Source: Mucilaginibacter sp. Bleaf8 (GTDB lineage: Bacteria; Bacteroidota; Bacteroidia; Sphingobacteriales; Sphingobacteriaceae). From it: a stretch of DNA of 24,000 bases. Position numbers and translations under genes: made by a program. Each line of letters begins with the position of its first letter. Positions within the stretch are counted from its first letter, which is position 1. Shown here piece by piece: positions 23,076 to 24,000 of this stretch. The stretch lies in the NCBI RefSeq assembly GCF_018390515.1, contig NZ_JAHBBK010000002.1, positions 267,743 through 291,742 on the forward strand, given 5' to 3'. The notes below the pieces were generated by a model. It did not search any database, was not told where the DNA came from, and saw only the letters and a list, made by a program, of their open reading frames with translations.

Positions 23076-23165
23076 CAAAAGTAGAAGCTACTTAAGCGGT
23101 GTGAAAGGCGGATTCAAACCGAAAGTGGTGCAAATCAAACCAAGTGCAAGTATACCGGAGGTTGT

Positions 23166-24000
23166 TTATGAGCGGAACCGGTGAGGAGTCGTTTCGCTTT
23201 GCTTTTTAAAGAACTTGACAAAGTTAGAGGTATCTTCGAAACCCAGGCACCAGGCAATTTCCGAGATATTCCAGTCCGTATGCTTCAGTAGAGCCCTGGC
23301 CTCGGATGCTACCCGGCCGGCAATAAGTTGAGTAGTGGTTTTGCCGGTGGTTTCCTTCAAAACCCGGTTCAGGTGATTGATGTGTACGTTGAGCTGGTCT
23401 GCAAACTCAGCGGGTGTTTTCAATTGTATCTTCTGAACGGTTGATTCGATGGGAAACTGCCGGTCAAGTAATTCATTAAACAAGGAGGCGATACGTTGCC
23501 CGGCACTGAATCCCGGCACATCTATTTTTGTATGCGCCGGACGTAATTTGAGGCCCGTATGAATCAGTTCAAACACCTGGCTGCGCAGCAGATCATACTT
23601 ATAGGTATATTCTGAGGCAATCTCCCGGAACATGCGGTTGAACAATCCCATTACGCCATTGGCCTCTTCGTCTGTAATATCCAGAATAGGGGTTCCGCCG
23701 GGCTGGTAAAGTGGGTAATCTTTGATATGGCCAAAACCCTTCATATAATCCTCCGTAAATACGCAAAAGGCACCGGTGGGCTGTAGGTTTTCCGGCGTCC
23801 ATTTATAGGGAATCAGCGGATTGGCAAACATCAGCATGTTATGCTTAACTTCGTAAGTGTGATCTGCATATTCAACTAAGTGGGCACCTTGTATCAGCGC
23901 AATCTTGTAATAGTCTTTGCGGCTGTAGGGCATAGGGTACGCAGACTTAGGGCCCAGGTAGTCTTCCATCTTAAAAACATTAAAATGTCCCGTTTTGCGG
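23166..24000 (-). CDS. AraC-family transcriptional regulator; N-terminus probably runs off the window
   Basis: C-terminal HTH: FADQLNVHINHLNRVLKETTGKTTTQLIAGRVASEARALLKHTDWNISEIAWCLGFEDTSNFVKFFKKQSETTPHRFR. The frame stays open upstream of the ATG at 23969 (..TGHFNVFKMEDYL), which matches the usual N-terminal region of this Bacteroidota AraC subgroup. Confidence 0.85.
   Translation of the reverse strand, partial: RKTGHFNVFKMEDYLGPKSAYPMPYSRKDYYKIALIQGAHLVEYADHTYEVKHNMLMFANPLIPYKWTPENLQPTGAFCVFTEDYMKGFGHIKDYPLYQPGGTPILDITDEEANGVMGLFNRMFREIASEYTYKYDLLRSQVFELIHTGLKLRPAHTKIDVPGFSAGQRIASLFNELLDRQFPIESTVQKIQLKTPAEFADQLNVHINHLNRVLKETTGKTTTQLIAGRVASEARALLKHTDWNISEIAWCLGFEDTSNFVKFFKKQSETTPHRFRS

Overview
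This window looks like a Bacteroidota chromosome segment, possibly Sphingobacteriaceae such as Mucilaginibacter or Pedobacter. That assignment is inferred from gene content and AT-rich, Shine-Dalgarno-poor upstream regions, and it is not verified. The flanks (1-8.3 kb and 18.2-24 kb) hold ordinary accessory genes: a SAM methyltransferase, three HxlR regulators each paired with a small redox or hydrolase gene, AraC regulators, SDR, tautomerase and SnoaL-like enzymes, a HisKA_3/LuxR two-component system, and several decayed gene remnants. The centre (8315-18136, all on the minus strand) is a tightly packed cluster of about 10 kb and 19 ORFs, built around R-body (refractile body, Reb / 'killing trait' family) structural genes. 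It contains six tandem rebB-like genes of 74-95 aa, plus three divergent Reb-like proteins. One of the divergent proteins carries a Ser/Thr/Pro-rich tail, and one is a 51-aa ORF missing from the supplied track. An unusual AraC regulator with two complete DNA-binding domains heads the cluster. Several orphan proteins are interleaved, including a candidate PD-(D/E)xK nuclease fold and a candidate Cys/His enzyme. The cluster ends in a lysis-cassette-like module: a multi-pass membrane protein, a signal-less PG-binding GH25 muramidase, a lipoprotein and a small helical protein. I did not see tRNA, rRNA, CRISPR, integrase or transposase genes.
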